DNA of 64,000 nucleotides from contig CAXXWB010000045.1 in the NCBI GenBank assembly GCA_963677505.2, forward strand, positions 6,870 to 70,869, written 5' to 3'. This DNA is from an uncultured Acidaminobacter sp. (GTDB lineage Bacteria > Bacillota > Clostridia > Peptostreptococcales > Acidaminobacteraceae). Position 1 is the stretch's first letter. Each line of letters starts with the position of its first letter. The translations under genes and the position numbers were made by a program. Shown here in pieces: positions 26,232 to 35,763 of this stretch. Under the pieces are notes generated by a model. The model was not told the DNA's origin. It saw nothing but the letters and a program-made list of their open reading frames with translations, and searched no databases.

Positions 26232-26359
26232 GCCATATTAACAATCCATTCCAGATTATAGAAGCAAATATATATTGATTATTTACAATATCGATGTCAA
26301 ATTGATAATATATTGTATAAATGTTATAATGTGAGATAAAATTTACAGGAGGCGTTATT

Positions 26360-27765
26360 ATGAAAAAATATATAATTACTGTTTTACTCTGTTTAATTTC
26401 TGTTTTACCAGTTTTTGCTGATGCAACAATACCGGTTTATTTTGATAGCCAGCCACTGGAGCTCTCAAATAAACCGGTACAAAAGAATGGTACTACATTA
26501 GTTCCGTTAAGGGAAATTTTCGATGCCTTAGGATTTAATGTAGTATGGAATGAGAAGACTAAAACTATTATTGCTTCTTCGAAGGATGCTACTATTAAAT
26601 TGACAATAGGTAGCAAAGTGGCATACGTTAATGGTGAAGCCAAACCAATATCAGTTGCACCTCAATTAATTAAAGGTACTATGTATGTTCCTTTAAAATT
26701 TGTTTCTGAGGCTGCTGGATATTCTGTAGGTTGGAATAATGAAAATCGATACATAACAATTTGGCGAAGTCGATCAAGCTCTTATTGATGTATATGAGAC
26801 AGTTTCTGTATATGATGCATCCAATAAGCTTGGTAAGCTTAGATATGAAGATATGTATACAGTTAAAGGAACAGGTGAGTATTCAGGATATAATAAATTA
26901 ATGGGACATCCCTATAAAGGATATGATTTATATTATAAAAGTAGTAGAAAAGGGAGTACAAGCAACAGTGAAGTTATAATTGTACCTAAAAATATCAATT
27001 TCAAACAAACTGTTTAGATGGACCTATAATGGTGTTTCTTATCGTAGTACCAAAGGTGAAATTTTTAGTTATTTAAGTGATCTTTCTCAAATACCAGGCT
27101 ACGATATAAATCTATCTGAAGATAAACTTAAAAAAATATTTGGTAAAGTATATGACGAGTGGATTTCATATGGTGGCGTTAATTCTGATGCGTCCAGGTT
27201 TGTAGAGGGTTATATTTCATATATTGATGGAAGTGCATTTGATTTACATTATTCATGGTATAAAAGCGACAAAGCTTCAGAAGCACTATCCGAACAAATG
27301 GCAAAAGATGAAGAAGCTAGAATAAAGTTAGAAAAAGAAGATGAAGCCAAAAAAGAATTGCTAGAAAGAGTTAGAAAAAGAAGCGGAAGCAAGAAAAGCA
27401 TTAGAACTTGAAGCAAAACAAAAAGAGAAGAGTACGAAGAAAAAGTTAATGCAATAAATAAAAAATTCAAAGATGAGTGGACAACAGCAATTGAACTTGA
27501 AAATACTTATGGCATTAGTTCAATTTGGATGGTGAAACCATTATTTTTACAAAAAATAATAATAAAATTTACACGATTTATGGTTCTCCGAGAAGTTCTT
27601 TCACTAAAGATATGGTCTATAATGGAACGGCATTCAATATGCCTATTTACGTGTTGTGGAGTACGACTTCCCAGAGGCGAAAGATGGAACAGGGAAGATT
27701 AAAATCAATGTAACGGCCTTGCGTTTAAAACTGCGGATTTAAGAAGTGTAGGTATTATTAATTAA
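26360..27765 (+). pseudogene. Copper-amine-oxidase-N-terminal (stalk) domain protein gene with multiple frameshifts
   Basis: The first 142 aa are intact: a signal peptide plus ..TLVPLREIFDALGFNVVWNEKTKTI..MYVPLKFVSEAAGY... Coding-like sequence then continues through at least 5 frame changes to 27765. Confidence 0.5.
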
Positions 27766-27819
27766 ATACATTATAAATTTAAAATGTAAATTAGAAATTA
27801 AAAGTTCAGAAAATGTGTG

Positions 27820-27860
27820 TAGAATAAGGTTAATTTAATATTTAACCTTATTCTATTCTT
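27820..27860 (+). terminator. Rho-independent terminator
   Basis: 14-bp perfect stem tagaataaggttaa / ttaaccttattcta followed by a T-rich tail. Confidence 0.6.
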
Positions 27861-28280
27861 TAGGCTATATATAATTACGTTAGAACCAATCTGTATCTAT
27901 TTTGTAAATACTAAAAGCGATAAAATCATATGGTCTATTGTGTTATGCTAAAGTGAATACCTTCATTTAAATAGCAGATTACTATTAACTTAAATAAGGG
28001 GGTAAATTTTGATCAGTAAATATCGCAAAGTGGTTGGTTTTCAGAAATTAATAAAAATATAGATGTCAGCCTTCATGGACAAGTGGTTTTAGCAAATATG
28101 TTTTTGCTTTGTGTTTTGAATTTTTGAGAATGCATATGAAAAATAGACTACCGACAGTTACAGACATTGTCAGTATAGGTATAATCGCTGTAAGGCGTAG
28201 AAATTAACACTTTGCTAAACATTAGGTCAGCTTAATCTTTAAAATAAAATAATCAGTCAGTGGATTGAAAGGAAAATGTT

Positions 28281-28556
28281 ATGAAAAAATATAATTATGA
28301 TCCAATAAGACTCATGGGGATACTCTCAGCCGTTGCTATAATCGTGTTAGGATTTTACTATTTTATAGGTCATATAACCATTACGGGAGCCATGCCTATA
28401 GCGACTGCTTTTCTCGCAGGCAGTATTGCGTTTAAGTACCTTAAAGATAATAAAGTGAAAAAAACGACAATGAATACCGTAACGGCTGCACTTGCAGGGA
28501 TTGCATTTTTATTGAATATAGGGATAGGCATCATTCAAATTGTGTCTGCAAAGTAA
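28281..28556 (+). CDS. Small membrane protein (91 aa)
   Basis: AAAGGAAA RBS; three hydrophobic helices. Confidence 0.6.
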   Translation: MKKYNYDPIRLMGILSAVAIIVLGFYYFIGHITITGAMPIATAFLAGSIAFKYLKDNKVKKTTMNTVTAALAGIAFLLNIGIGIIQIVSAK

Positions 28557-28600
28557 TTTAGATAACGCTAAATGTTTTTCTAATGGTGGGAGGTACTTCT

Positions 28601-29133
28601 ATGGATAATATAAAACTAATAGGCCCAGACAAAAGATTCAAAGATTCTTTTACAAGCTATTATGAAGAATATAATGCCATTAACGAGTCTAGTGCAACCA
28701 TCTATAAGGACATGTATCGTTACGGAAAAGAAGATTTGAAAATTACCTAAAATTTTTAGAGGATAGAAAAAATGGAATAGGTGTACCAGAAGGCTGGACT
28801 GCCTCACATACTTATTGGTTGGTAAGAGATGAAAGTGAGCTTCTGGGAATTGTCAGAATCAGACCTGATATTGGTACAGACTTTTTAAGTAAGTACATAG
28901 GGCATATTGGCTATGATATAAAACCATCCGAAAGAGGCAATGGTTTAGGGACTGAACTGCTCAGGTTGGCCCTACAGAAAGTAAAGAAATTAAATATATC
29001 TGAGGCCCTGGTATTATGCAGTTCAAAAAATAAGGCCTCGAGGAAAGTGATTTTAAATAACAATGGGATTTATGAGTCAAATATAGAAGATGAAACAGGT
29101 GAACTTCTTGAAAGGTATTGGATTAAGCTATGA
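28601..29133 (+). pseudogene. GNAT family acetyltransferase, frameshifted
   Basis: ATG 28601 after GGGAGG reads MDNIKLIGPDKRF..KEDLKIT then a stop. The next frame continues ..LKFLEDRKNGIGVPEGWTASHTYWLVRDESELLGIVRIRP..GNGLGTELLRLAL.. (ORF 28819-29133). Confidence 0.6.
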
Positions 29134-29141
29134 CGATTGAA

Positions 29142-29549
29142 ATGAAATATTCAAAAAATGAATTACATCTATTCTTAGCATTAGGGTGGGAATCGTCGCT
29201 GTTATTAACTTAGGATTAATAGTATTTTTGCTTTAACACCAATGGATATGGGGTTATTCCTTTTACTACCGCTATTCCAAGTAGTGCTTACATCTCTGAT
29301 GTGTTTTATGTACAGTTCAATTTATGTGGGTTCAAGAAACTATCTAAACTAGAAGAAGATTATATTTACAAGGATCGCGGTCTTTTAAGACCGAAAAGTA
29401 GAATTAGACGAAGTGACATTGAAAATACCCTTATATTAGGTAGTACCCTTAGAATAGTCGATATAATGGGAAAGGAATTCAATATTAAACTAGACATTGT
29501 TAAAATTAATGACATAGAAATATTAAAGAAAAATTTGGCTATTTTATAA
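29142..29549 (+). pseudogene. Fragmented small gene (membrane N-terminus plus 82-aa C-terminal ORF)
   Basis: ATG 29142 ORF stops after 23 codons. ORF 29301-29549 is in another frame and has no good start. Confidence 0.3.
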
Positions 29550-29637
29550 TTTCTTCACATGGTTACGTAATTATATTATGTTAACCAAACTGGCGATTAT
29601 ACAAGTAAATTCACTATTTGGTCTAGGAGACAAAGGG

Positions 29638-30151
29638 ATGTATTATATTCTTGGAATTAATCACTATATTCAATACCTAAATAAAGAAATAAACATAGAG
29701 GTGTTTACCGAGTTTGTTGCGTTTGTTTTAGAAATCCTAGAAAAAAAGATATTGCAGTGATAGCTGAAGAGTTTAATGAAGATTGTTTAGAACTTAACCA
29801 TGTTCGTCGTTCTGTTCTTCAATTGATCGCTGAAGAGGCCTCAGTCCTTCATCAATTTGTGGACCCAACTCAGACTGTAAGAAACTGCCCTAGGTATTCC
29901 CAATCCCCAAACGAGGAATCTGTTGTGGCGGCTTACAAAATCAGAGAGCGATATTGGTTCAATCAAATGGCAGTTCATGGCGGCGAAAATATTCTAGTTT
30001 GCATAGTGCTAGCCATGTAAAGTCTTTTACTATGTTGTTAGAAAATGAAAGGGTTGAACATCAGATTATTGATTCTTATTGGAATGAAGCACTATTTCTT
30101 AAACGCAGTTCACTCAAAGGAGAGACATCTGAACACAATCAGCTAAAATAA
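29638..30151 (+). pseudogene. Hypothetical gene broken by two frameshifts
   Basis: ATG 29638 after GGAGA. Three consecutive ORF pieces (..29760, 29757-30020, 29954-30151). The first break is at an A7 run. Confidence 0.4.
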
Positions 30152-30278
30152 TCTAAGTGGGACAATGCAAATGCTAAAGTATTGTGAAAATAACACGTTT
30201 ATCCATCATGACGAATGCTTAAAAACCATGTATAATGATTGATGTTAACACTAATCAAAAAAGGGTGAATATATTAAA

Positions 30279-30539
30279 ATGAGTAGACCTATTAAAGCAA
30301 TTTTGGTTTTTGTAGTACTTCTCCTTGGCGGTGCTGTATATATGGGCATTAGTGCTTATATGCAAAGTGAGTATCAATTAAGTGTGAAAGCTAGTAATGG
30401 CATAGGTGTATTATGTGCACTCATCTACTACATTGGTTTGATTACAACAATTGTACTTTCAAAAGCTATACCAAGTTTGTACCTCAAGCATGGCACGTCT
30501 GAAGAAGACACAGATGAAACGGACAATGGTAGTGATTAA
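30279..30539 (+). CDS. Small membrane protein (86 aa)
   Basis: AAGGGTGA RBS; two TM helices; acidic tail. Confidence 0.6.
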   Translation: MSRPIKAILVFVVLLLGGAVYMGISAYMQSEYQLSVKASNGIGVLCALIYYIGLITTIVLSKAIPSLYLKHGTSEEDTDETDNGSD

Positions 30540-30563
30540 AAATTAAGAATTGGAGTTTAGAAA

Positions 30564-31418
30564 ATGGATTTTATTGAATTGTTAAAAGTTATTTTACTTG
30601 CAATTGTTGAAGGTGTTACAGAGTGGCTACCTATAAGTAGTACAGGCCATATGATTTTGTTAAATGAATTTATTAAGTTAGATGTAAGCAAGGAATTTTG
30701 AGTCTTTTCGAAGTTGTTATTCAACTAGGTGCCATAATGGCCGTCGTGATTTTATTTTGGCATCAGATTTTCCCCTTTGGGAAAAAAGACAATTCTCGAC
30801 CTATGGCCAGAAAAGGGATTCTCTCGTATGTGAATATGGATACCATGATTCTATGGATGAAAATTTTAGTGTCTTGTATCCCTGCAGCAGTTATTGGCAT
30901 ATTGTACAATGATACGTTTGAGGCTCTATTTTATTCTATAAGCCAATTTCAATTGCCTTGATTGTCTTTGGTATTGCTTTTATCGTCATAGAAACTAGGT
31001 ACAAAGGAAAAACTTCTAAAATTAATAGTTTAGCAGAAATCACTTTTAAACAGCCCTTATTATTGGTCTCTTCCAATTGATTGCTGCAATATTCCCAGGA
31101 ACTTCACGCTCAGGGGCAACTATTGTAGGCGCACTTTTGATAGGGGTATCAAGAACGGTAGCCGCAGAATATACTTTCTTCCTAGCGATTCCAGTTATGT
31201 TTGGTGCTAGTCTATTGAAATTACTAAAGTATGGCATGGTCTTTACAAGTTGGGAATTAGTAGTCCTCGCTGTAGGCATGTTGGTATCCTTTGCCGTTTC
31301 GATTGTAGTCATTAAATTCCTTATGAGCTACATTAAAAAACATGATTTTAAAGTCTTTGGCTGGTATCGAATCGTACTAGGTCTTTTGATTTTAGCGTAT
31401 TTTGGTATGATTGCTTAA
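30564..31418 (+). pseudogene. uppP: Undecaprenyl-diphosphate phosphatase (UppP/BacA) with about 3 frameshifts
   Basis: [32 protein letters not shown].. (ATG 30564), then pieces 30698-30961 and 31077-31418 containing [36 protein letters not shown]. Confidence 0.7.
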
Positions 31419-31428
31419 GTTAATTATT

Positions 31429-31463
31429 AAAACCACCTTTTAGTGATGAAGGGTGGTTTCTTT
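31429..31463 (+). terminator. Rho-independent terminator after uppP
   Basis: aaaccacc..ggtggttt stem followed by a T-rich tail. Confidence 0.55.
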
Positions 31464-31491
31464 ATAAATTGTATTCTAAGGAGGGCTTAAA

Positions 31492-32343
31492 ATGAAATTC
31501 ACAATTTTAGGTAGTGGCGGTTGCGTAGCCCTTCCAAAACCTTTGTGTCAATGTGATGTATGTAAGGAAGCCCGAGAGAAGGGACGACCGTATTCTCGAT
31601 TTGGATGTAGCCTATACCTTGAAGATATACATATGCTAATCGACACACCAGAAGATATAACCCATGCCCTAAATGCCGCCAATATTAAAAAAATTGAGTC
31701 CGTTGCCTACAGTCATATGGACCCTGACCACACTCTCGGAATGCGAGTATTTGAACATTTGAGACTAGATTGGTTAAAACTTTCTGAAGGAAATCATTGT
31801 CAGGACCCTATACCTGTCTACGCACTGTCAAATGTGTTGGAAGATCTCAATTCTATCAAAAGCAAACTCGGTTCTTACATGGCCTATTATGAATCTATAC
31901 GCAATCTCATTATTCAACAATCTGTTGAGAACCTTTTAGAAATTAATGGTATTCAGATTCAATTTATTTCAGCAGGGGAGGCAACGGTGTTTGTCTTTCA
32001 ACAAGGTGGCAAAAAAGTCATTTATGCCCCTTGTGATGTGAAGCCATTTCCAATTTCAAACTTATTTGAGGATGCAGATTACTTAATTATTGGCAATACG
32101 ATTCCCTGTGATAAGCTTAAAGATGATTTTCGACTAACGGCAGGCAATTTTTTAAGCAATGATCTCTTCAGCATGAACGAAATTTTAGCACTTAAAAATC
32201 AATACGCTATTAAAAAAGTTGTCATCACCCATTTGGAAGAGGATTGGGGCAAGTCCTATGAGGACTATCTCACTTTAGAAAAACAGTACGAGGCTATTGA
32301 ATTTGCCTATGATGGTATGATTATAGACACAGAGAAATTTTAA
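31492..32343 (+). CDS. MBL-fold metallo-hydrolase
   Basis: 283 aa; HMDPDHTLG metal-binding motif; AAGGAGGG RBS. Confidence 0.75.
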   Translation: MKFTILGSGGCVALPKPLCQCDVCKEAREKGRPYSRFGCSLYLEDIHMLIDTPEDITHALNAANIKKIESVAYSHMDPDHTLGMRVFEHLRLDWLKLSEGNHCQDPIPVYALSNVLEDLNSIKSKLGSYMAYYESIRNLIIQQSVENLLEINGIQIQFISAGEATVFVFQQGGKKVIYAPCDVKPFPISNLFEDADYLIIGNTIPCDKLKDDFRLTAGNFLSNDLFSMNEILALKNQYAIKKVVITHLEEDWGKSYEDYLTLEKQYEAIEFAYDGMIIDTEKF

Positions 32344-32392
32344 TAAGCCTATTAAAAAAAATATAGATTAGACAAAACAGGGGGTAAATACT

Positions 32393-32920
32393 ATGTATAC
32401 TGGCAATCTTGTGAAATTAAGAGAATATCGCAAAGAGGATGTTCCAAAGGCTCAAGAATATTTAAACAATCCTGAAATTAAGCGCTTACTTGCACCCAAT
32501 ATACCATTTCTCTACACCCTTGAAGATGAATATAAATGGTATGAGGGTCAATCTGCTATGAAAGACCTTTATAGCTTTGCAATTGAAACCAAAGAGACAA
32601 AAGAATACATTGGGGGCTGCGGTATTAACCATTTGGACTGGAAAAATAGCACGGCAACCATTGGCATTTTCATAGGGGATACAGAATTTTGGGGTAAGGG
32701 CTATGGCACAGATGCAATGAAAGTCCTAATTCGATTTGTGTTTGAGCAAATGAATATTCATAAAGTGAAATTGAACGTATATGCTTTTAATGAACGGGCA
32801 ATCAAAAGTTATCAAAAAATAGGTTTTGTTCATGAGGGTACTCTGAGACAAGAAATATATAAAGATGGTAAATACCACGACGAATGGGTCATGGGATTGT
32901 TTGCATCAGAATTGAAATAA
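32393..32920 (+). CDS. GNAT family N-acetyltransferase (RimJ/RimL-like)
   Basis: 175 aa. FWGKGYGTDAMKVLIRFVFE; KIGFVHEGTLR. Confidence 0.8.
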   Translation: MYTGNLVKLREYRKEDVPKAQEYLNNPEIKRLLAPNIPFLYTLEDEYKWYEGQSAMKDLYSFAIETKETKEYIGGCGINHLDWKNSTATIGIFIGDTEFWGKGYGTDAMKVLIRFVFEQMNIHKVKLNVYAFNERAIKSYQKIGFVHEGTLRQEIYKDGKYHDEWVMGLFASELK

Positions 32921-32971
32921 ACGATATAATGGTCACTTTAATTACTAAGCATTTATTAAGAGGTGAAGGCA

Positions 32972-33452
32972 ATGGAAAATGAAATTAGAAATATAACTTT
33001 AGGCGCCTTCACAGAAGCCCATGCTAAAGAAATCTGTACTTGGGTATATTCAGGACTATATAGCGTTTATAATCTTGCACCTTGGGAAGTGATGGTTGAA
33101 AATCATTGGCAAGCTTGCAGATGAAGATGCTCGAAATGAAATATTTTACACCATCTTCCTTAATGATGAAATGATTGGCTTCGGCAGAATCCAAAGGGTT
33201 GAAGATCTAATTGTTTTAGGGGTAGGGTTAAAACCGGAATATTGTGGCAAAGGGCTTGGACTTCCCGTCATGGAAACTCTTACTGCAAAAGCTGAAGCCC
33301 TCTATCCTAATGAGATCATTAGCCTAGAAGTTAGGCGTTTTAACGAGCGTGCCATCAAATGTTATGAGAAAGCGGGCTTTAAAATCGTCGATAAATATAT
33401 GAAAGAGACCATGGATGGCTATGTACCTTTTGCCTTAATGATTAAAACGTAA
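32972..33452 (+). pseudogene. GNAT family acetyltransferase with an apparent frameshift near 33100
   Basis: ATG 32972 ORF (MENEIRNITLGAF..WEVMVENHW) stops at about 33122. ORF 33096-33452 carries CGKGLGLPVMETL and KAGFKIV. Confidence 0.55.
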
Positions 33453-33456
33453 GCTT

Positions 33457-34227
33457 ATGGAAATTGAAAAGATTATTCACACCAAATACAGAAAAAAAAT
33501 ATGGGCACCTTTTATGCGAGGTCTTGAAACTTACCAAATGATTGAAAAAGGCGATGTCATTGGTGTTGCAATATCTGGCGGTAAAGATAGTCTTCTCATG
33601 GCTAAACTCTTAGAGTCTTTGGTCAGAGTCTACAAGGGCGAAATTCAAATCAAGTGTATTGTAATGGACCCAGGGTATAAGCCTGAAATAAGGGCATCGT
33701 TGGAAGAAAACTTAAAGCTTTTGGAAATTGAAGCCTATATATTTAATACAGAAATATTCGATATTTCCGAAAAAATGTCTGGAGAAAAACAGTCGCCATG
33801 TTTTCTCTGTGCCCGCATGAGAAGAGGCGCACTTTATGAGAAGGCAAAGTCCCTCGGGTGTAATAAATTGGCACTAGGGCACCATTATGACGATGTTATT
33901 GAGACTATTCTCATGAACGTCCTCTGCGGCGGTGAATTTAAAACCATGTTACCCAAAATAAAAGCTCAAAATTTTGAAGATATGATTTTAATCAGACCCC
34001 TTTACCTTGTGCGAGAATCTGATATTCTCCACCTAACGAGGGTTCTTAAAATATCGCCTATGAATTGTGGCTGTTCCGTCACAGAAAAAAAAGAAGAGAG
34101 CAGACGTGCTGAAATAAAAGCACTCATAGCCGACTTATCTACGCGTTTTGAAAATGTAGAACACTCTATTTTCAGTGCTTCAAAAAATGTCAGATTAGAT
34201 CATTTACTCATCCATCGGGAGGACTAA
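33457..34227 (+). CDS. PP-loop ATPase, TtcA-like tRNA thiolation family
   Basis: 256 aa. PP-loop AISGGKDS; cysteine motifs CFLCARMRRG and CGC. Confidence 0.7.
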   Translation: MEIEKIIHTKYRKKIWAPFMRGLETYQMIEKGDVIGVAISGGKDSLLMAKLLESLVRVYKGEIQIKCIVMDPGYKPEIRASLEENLKLLEIEAYIFNTEIFDISEKMSGEKQSPCFLCARMRRGALYEKAKSLGCNKLALGHHYDDVIETILMNVLCGGEFKTMLPKIKAQNFEDMILIRPLYLVRESDILHLTRVLKISPMNCGCSVTEKKEESRRAEIKALIADLSTRFENVEHSIFSASKNVRLDHLLIHRED

Positions 34228-34230
34228 ACC

Positions 34231-34791
34231 ATGGGACTAAAAAGTAACTTTCCTGTACTGTTGACACCCCATCTTATGCTGAGAGAAATTGAGTTTACAG
34301 ACAGTTATGCCCTTAACGAAATTTTTAAAGACGAAGAAACTATGAAGTGGTATGGTATGATGCCTGTGGAAAATATGGAAGCAACCATCCGGCTCATTGA
34401 AAATCTTAGAATGAATTATTATGATAATCGAGGCATCCGATGGGCAATTGAACATAGGGCGACAGGAGCTTTTTTAGGAACTTGCGGCTTCCATAACTGG
34501 AATCTCATGTCTCGTAGAGCGGAAATCGGGTATGAAATATCAAAAGAATATTGGGGACAGGGCTATTGTACCGAAGCACTTAGAGAAATGAGGACTTTTG
34601 GACTAGACGCCATGAATCTCCACCGTGTTGAAGCCTTGATTTACCCTGAAAATATTGGATCTCAAAGGGTACTAGAAAAACTAGACTTTAGAAGAGAAGG
34701 TCTGCTAGAAGGGTACGCCTATTTCAGAAATACCTATCAAGACCTTGTCATGTATGGATGGATCAACCCCAATCATGTGAGACGGGAATAA
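34231..34791 (+). CDS. GNAT family N-acetyltransferase (RimJ/RimL-like)
   Basis: 186 aa. YWGQGYCTEALREM; KLDFRREGLL. Confidence 0.8.
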   Translation: MGLKSNFPVLLTPHLMLREIEFTDSYALNEIFKDEETMKWYGMMPVENMEATIRLIENLRMNYYDNRGIRWAIEHRATGAFLGTCGFHNWNLMSRRAEIGYEISKEYWGQGYCTEALREMRTFGLDAMNLHRVEALIYPENIGSQRVLEKLDFRREGLLEGYAYFRNTYQDLVMYGWINPNHVRRE

Positions 34792-34819
34792 CTGTGGTTG
34801 TTGAAGGGAGCCTAAGACT

Positions 34820-35428
34820 ATGGATAAGAGAATCGTTACAAAATCCCATTGGTGTGAACAATTGATACATGAGTATCATCATCAAAATAGTAGCGTTTTA
34901 TGTGTGATACTGGGCGGTCAAAACTATAGTATACACAAACCACTCTGTTACTATAGTGCTAAATTATGTGTCCAAGCAGGGTACGACGTTCTCGCTGTTC
35001 AATATGGTTTTCAGCAGAACCATTCTTTGACCCATTTTCCAGAGGATTTTGAAATACTCTATAAAGAAGTCAAAGAGGCTATCGATTTAGTCATACAGCC
35101 ACATCAAACAGAAATTATTTGGATTGGCAAAAGCTTAGGAACTGTATTGATGAAAAGACTTAAGGGGGATTATAACCAATTTTCTCAAAAGTTGATTCTA
35201 TTGACACCCGTTTCGCCTGCCTTCGATCAAGAGGATTTCAGAGAGAAGCTTATTATCATGGGAACTCATGATGAACATTATGACGAAAAGCTATTAGAAA
35301 AAGAGACAGAATCCATGATTGTAGAATTTGATGGCGCAGACCATGGGCTAGAGACTGGTAACGTCATAGCGGACCTTGAAATCATGGAAAGGGTCATAGG
35401 AGCTATCGCAGGCTATATTGAAGAATAG
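34820..35428 (+). CDS. Alpha/beta hydrolase fold protein
   Basis: 202 aa; nucleophile elbow GKSLG. Confidence 0.6.
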   Translation: MDKRIVTKSHWCEQLIHEYHHQNSSVLCVILGGQNYSIHKPLCYYSAKLCVQAGYDVLAVQYGFQQNHSLTHFPEDFEILYKEVKEAIDLVIQPHQTEIIWIGKSLGTVLMKRLKGDYNQFSQKLILLTPVSPAFDQEDFREKLIIMGTHDEHYDEKLLEKETESMIVEFDGADHGLETGNVIADLEIMERVIGAIAGYIEE

Positions 35429-35486
35429 TACGGATACTAGAAAACATTAATAAAGGCGCTGTACTCATTGAAGTAAATTGCAATAG

Positions 35487-35519
35487 AAAAGGGTCTTACC
35501 ATTTGGTAAGACCCTTTTT
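35487..35519. terminator. Bidirectional intrinsic terminator
   Basis: aaaagggtcttacc-attt-ggtaagaccctttt perfect 14-bp stem with A/T tracts on both sides. Confidence 0.7.
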
Positions 35520-35534
35520 AGATGAAGTTGTTGA

Positions 35535-35684
35535 TTAAACTTTTCTAATGCCGATTCTCTTATTGGATTTTTCTTTTGAATCGCTGCCCATCTTTTTATC
35601 TGGTCTTTGAGCATTGTTGCTTGCGTTCTTAGCTTTCTTTTCTTCTAACAACTTTTTCATCATTTCAACGTTTTTACTAGACAT
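35535..35684 (-). CDS. Small basic protein (49 aa)
   Basis: Minus-strand ATG preceded by AAGGGAG. Translation MSSKNVEMMKKLLEEKKAKNASNNAQRPDKKMGSDSKEKSNKRIGIRKV. Below the ORF-track cutoff. Confidence 0.4.
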   Translation of the reverse strand: MSSKNVEMMKKLLEEKKAKNASNNAQRPDKKMGSDSKEKSNKRIGIRKV

Positions 35685-35763
35685 ATGAAAACTCCCTTTG
35701 CTTAATTCTTAAGTCACAATTGTTTATATGTCATTATACACCAAAAACCCATTGAATTTAAGC

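Noticed and set aside
670-26236. Recurrent 60-120-aa ORFs on both strands sharing peptides such as SYNSELTSLPIVMSFAHAKAPPTCRCGVKHGNDVSSSFVIRN or HNERRTYDVAVLGA.ATSWRGFCMRKRRDNRQWRKFGVIR. Examples are 670-888, 1623-1820, 3616-3801, 4359-4658, 6798-7097, 8224-8568, 9731-10018, 12622-12993, 14017-14241, 19628-19864, 20654-20860, 22917-23177, 23893-24093 and 26024-26236.
   Set aside because: They are translations of the attC repeat itself, open in several frames on both strands. They start or stop at arbitrary positions in unrelated flanks, and their conservation is at the nucleotide level, as expected for palindromic DNA.
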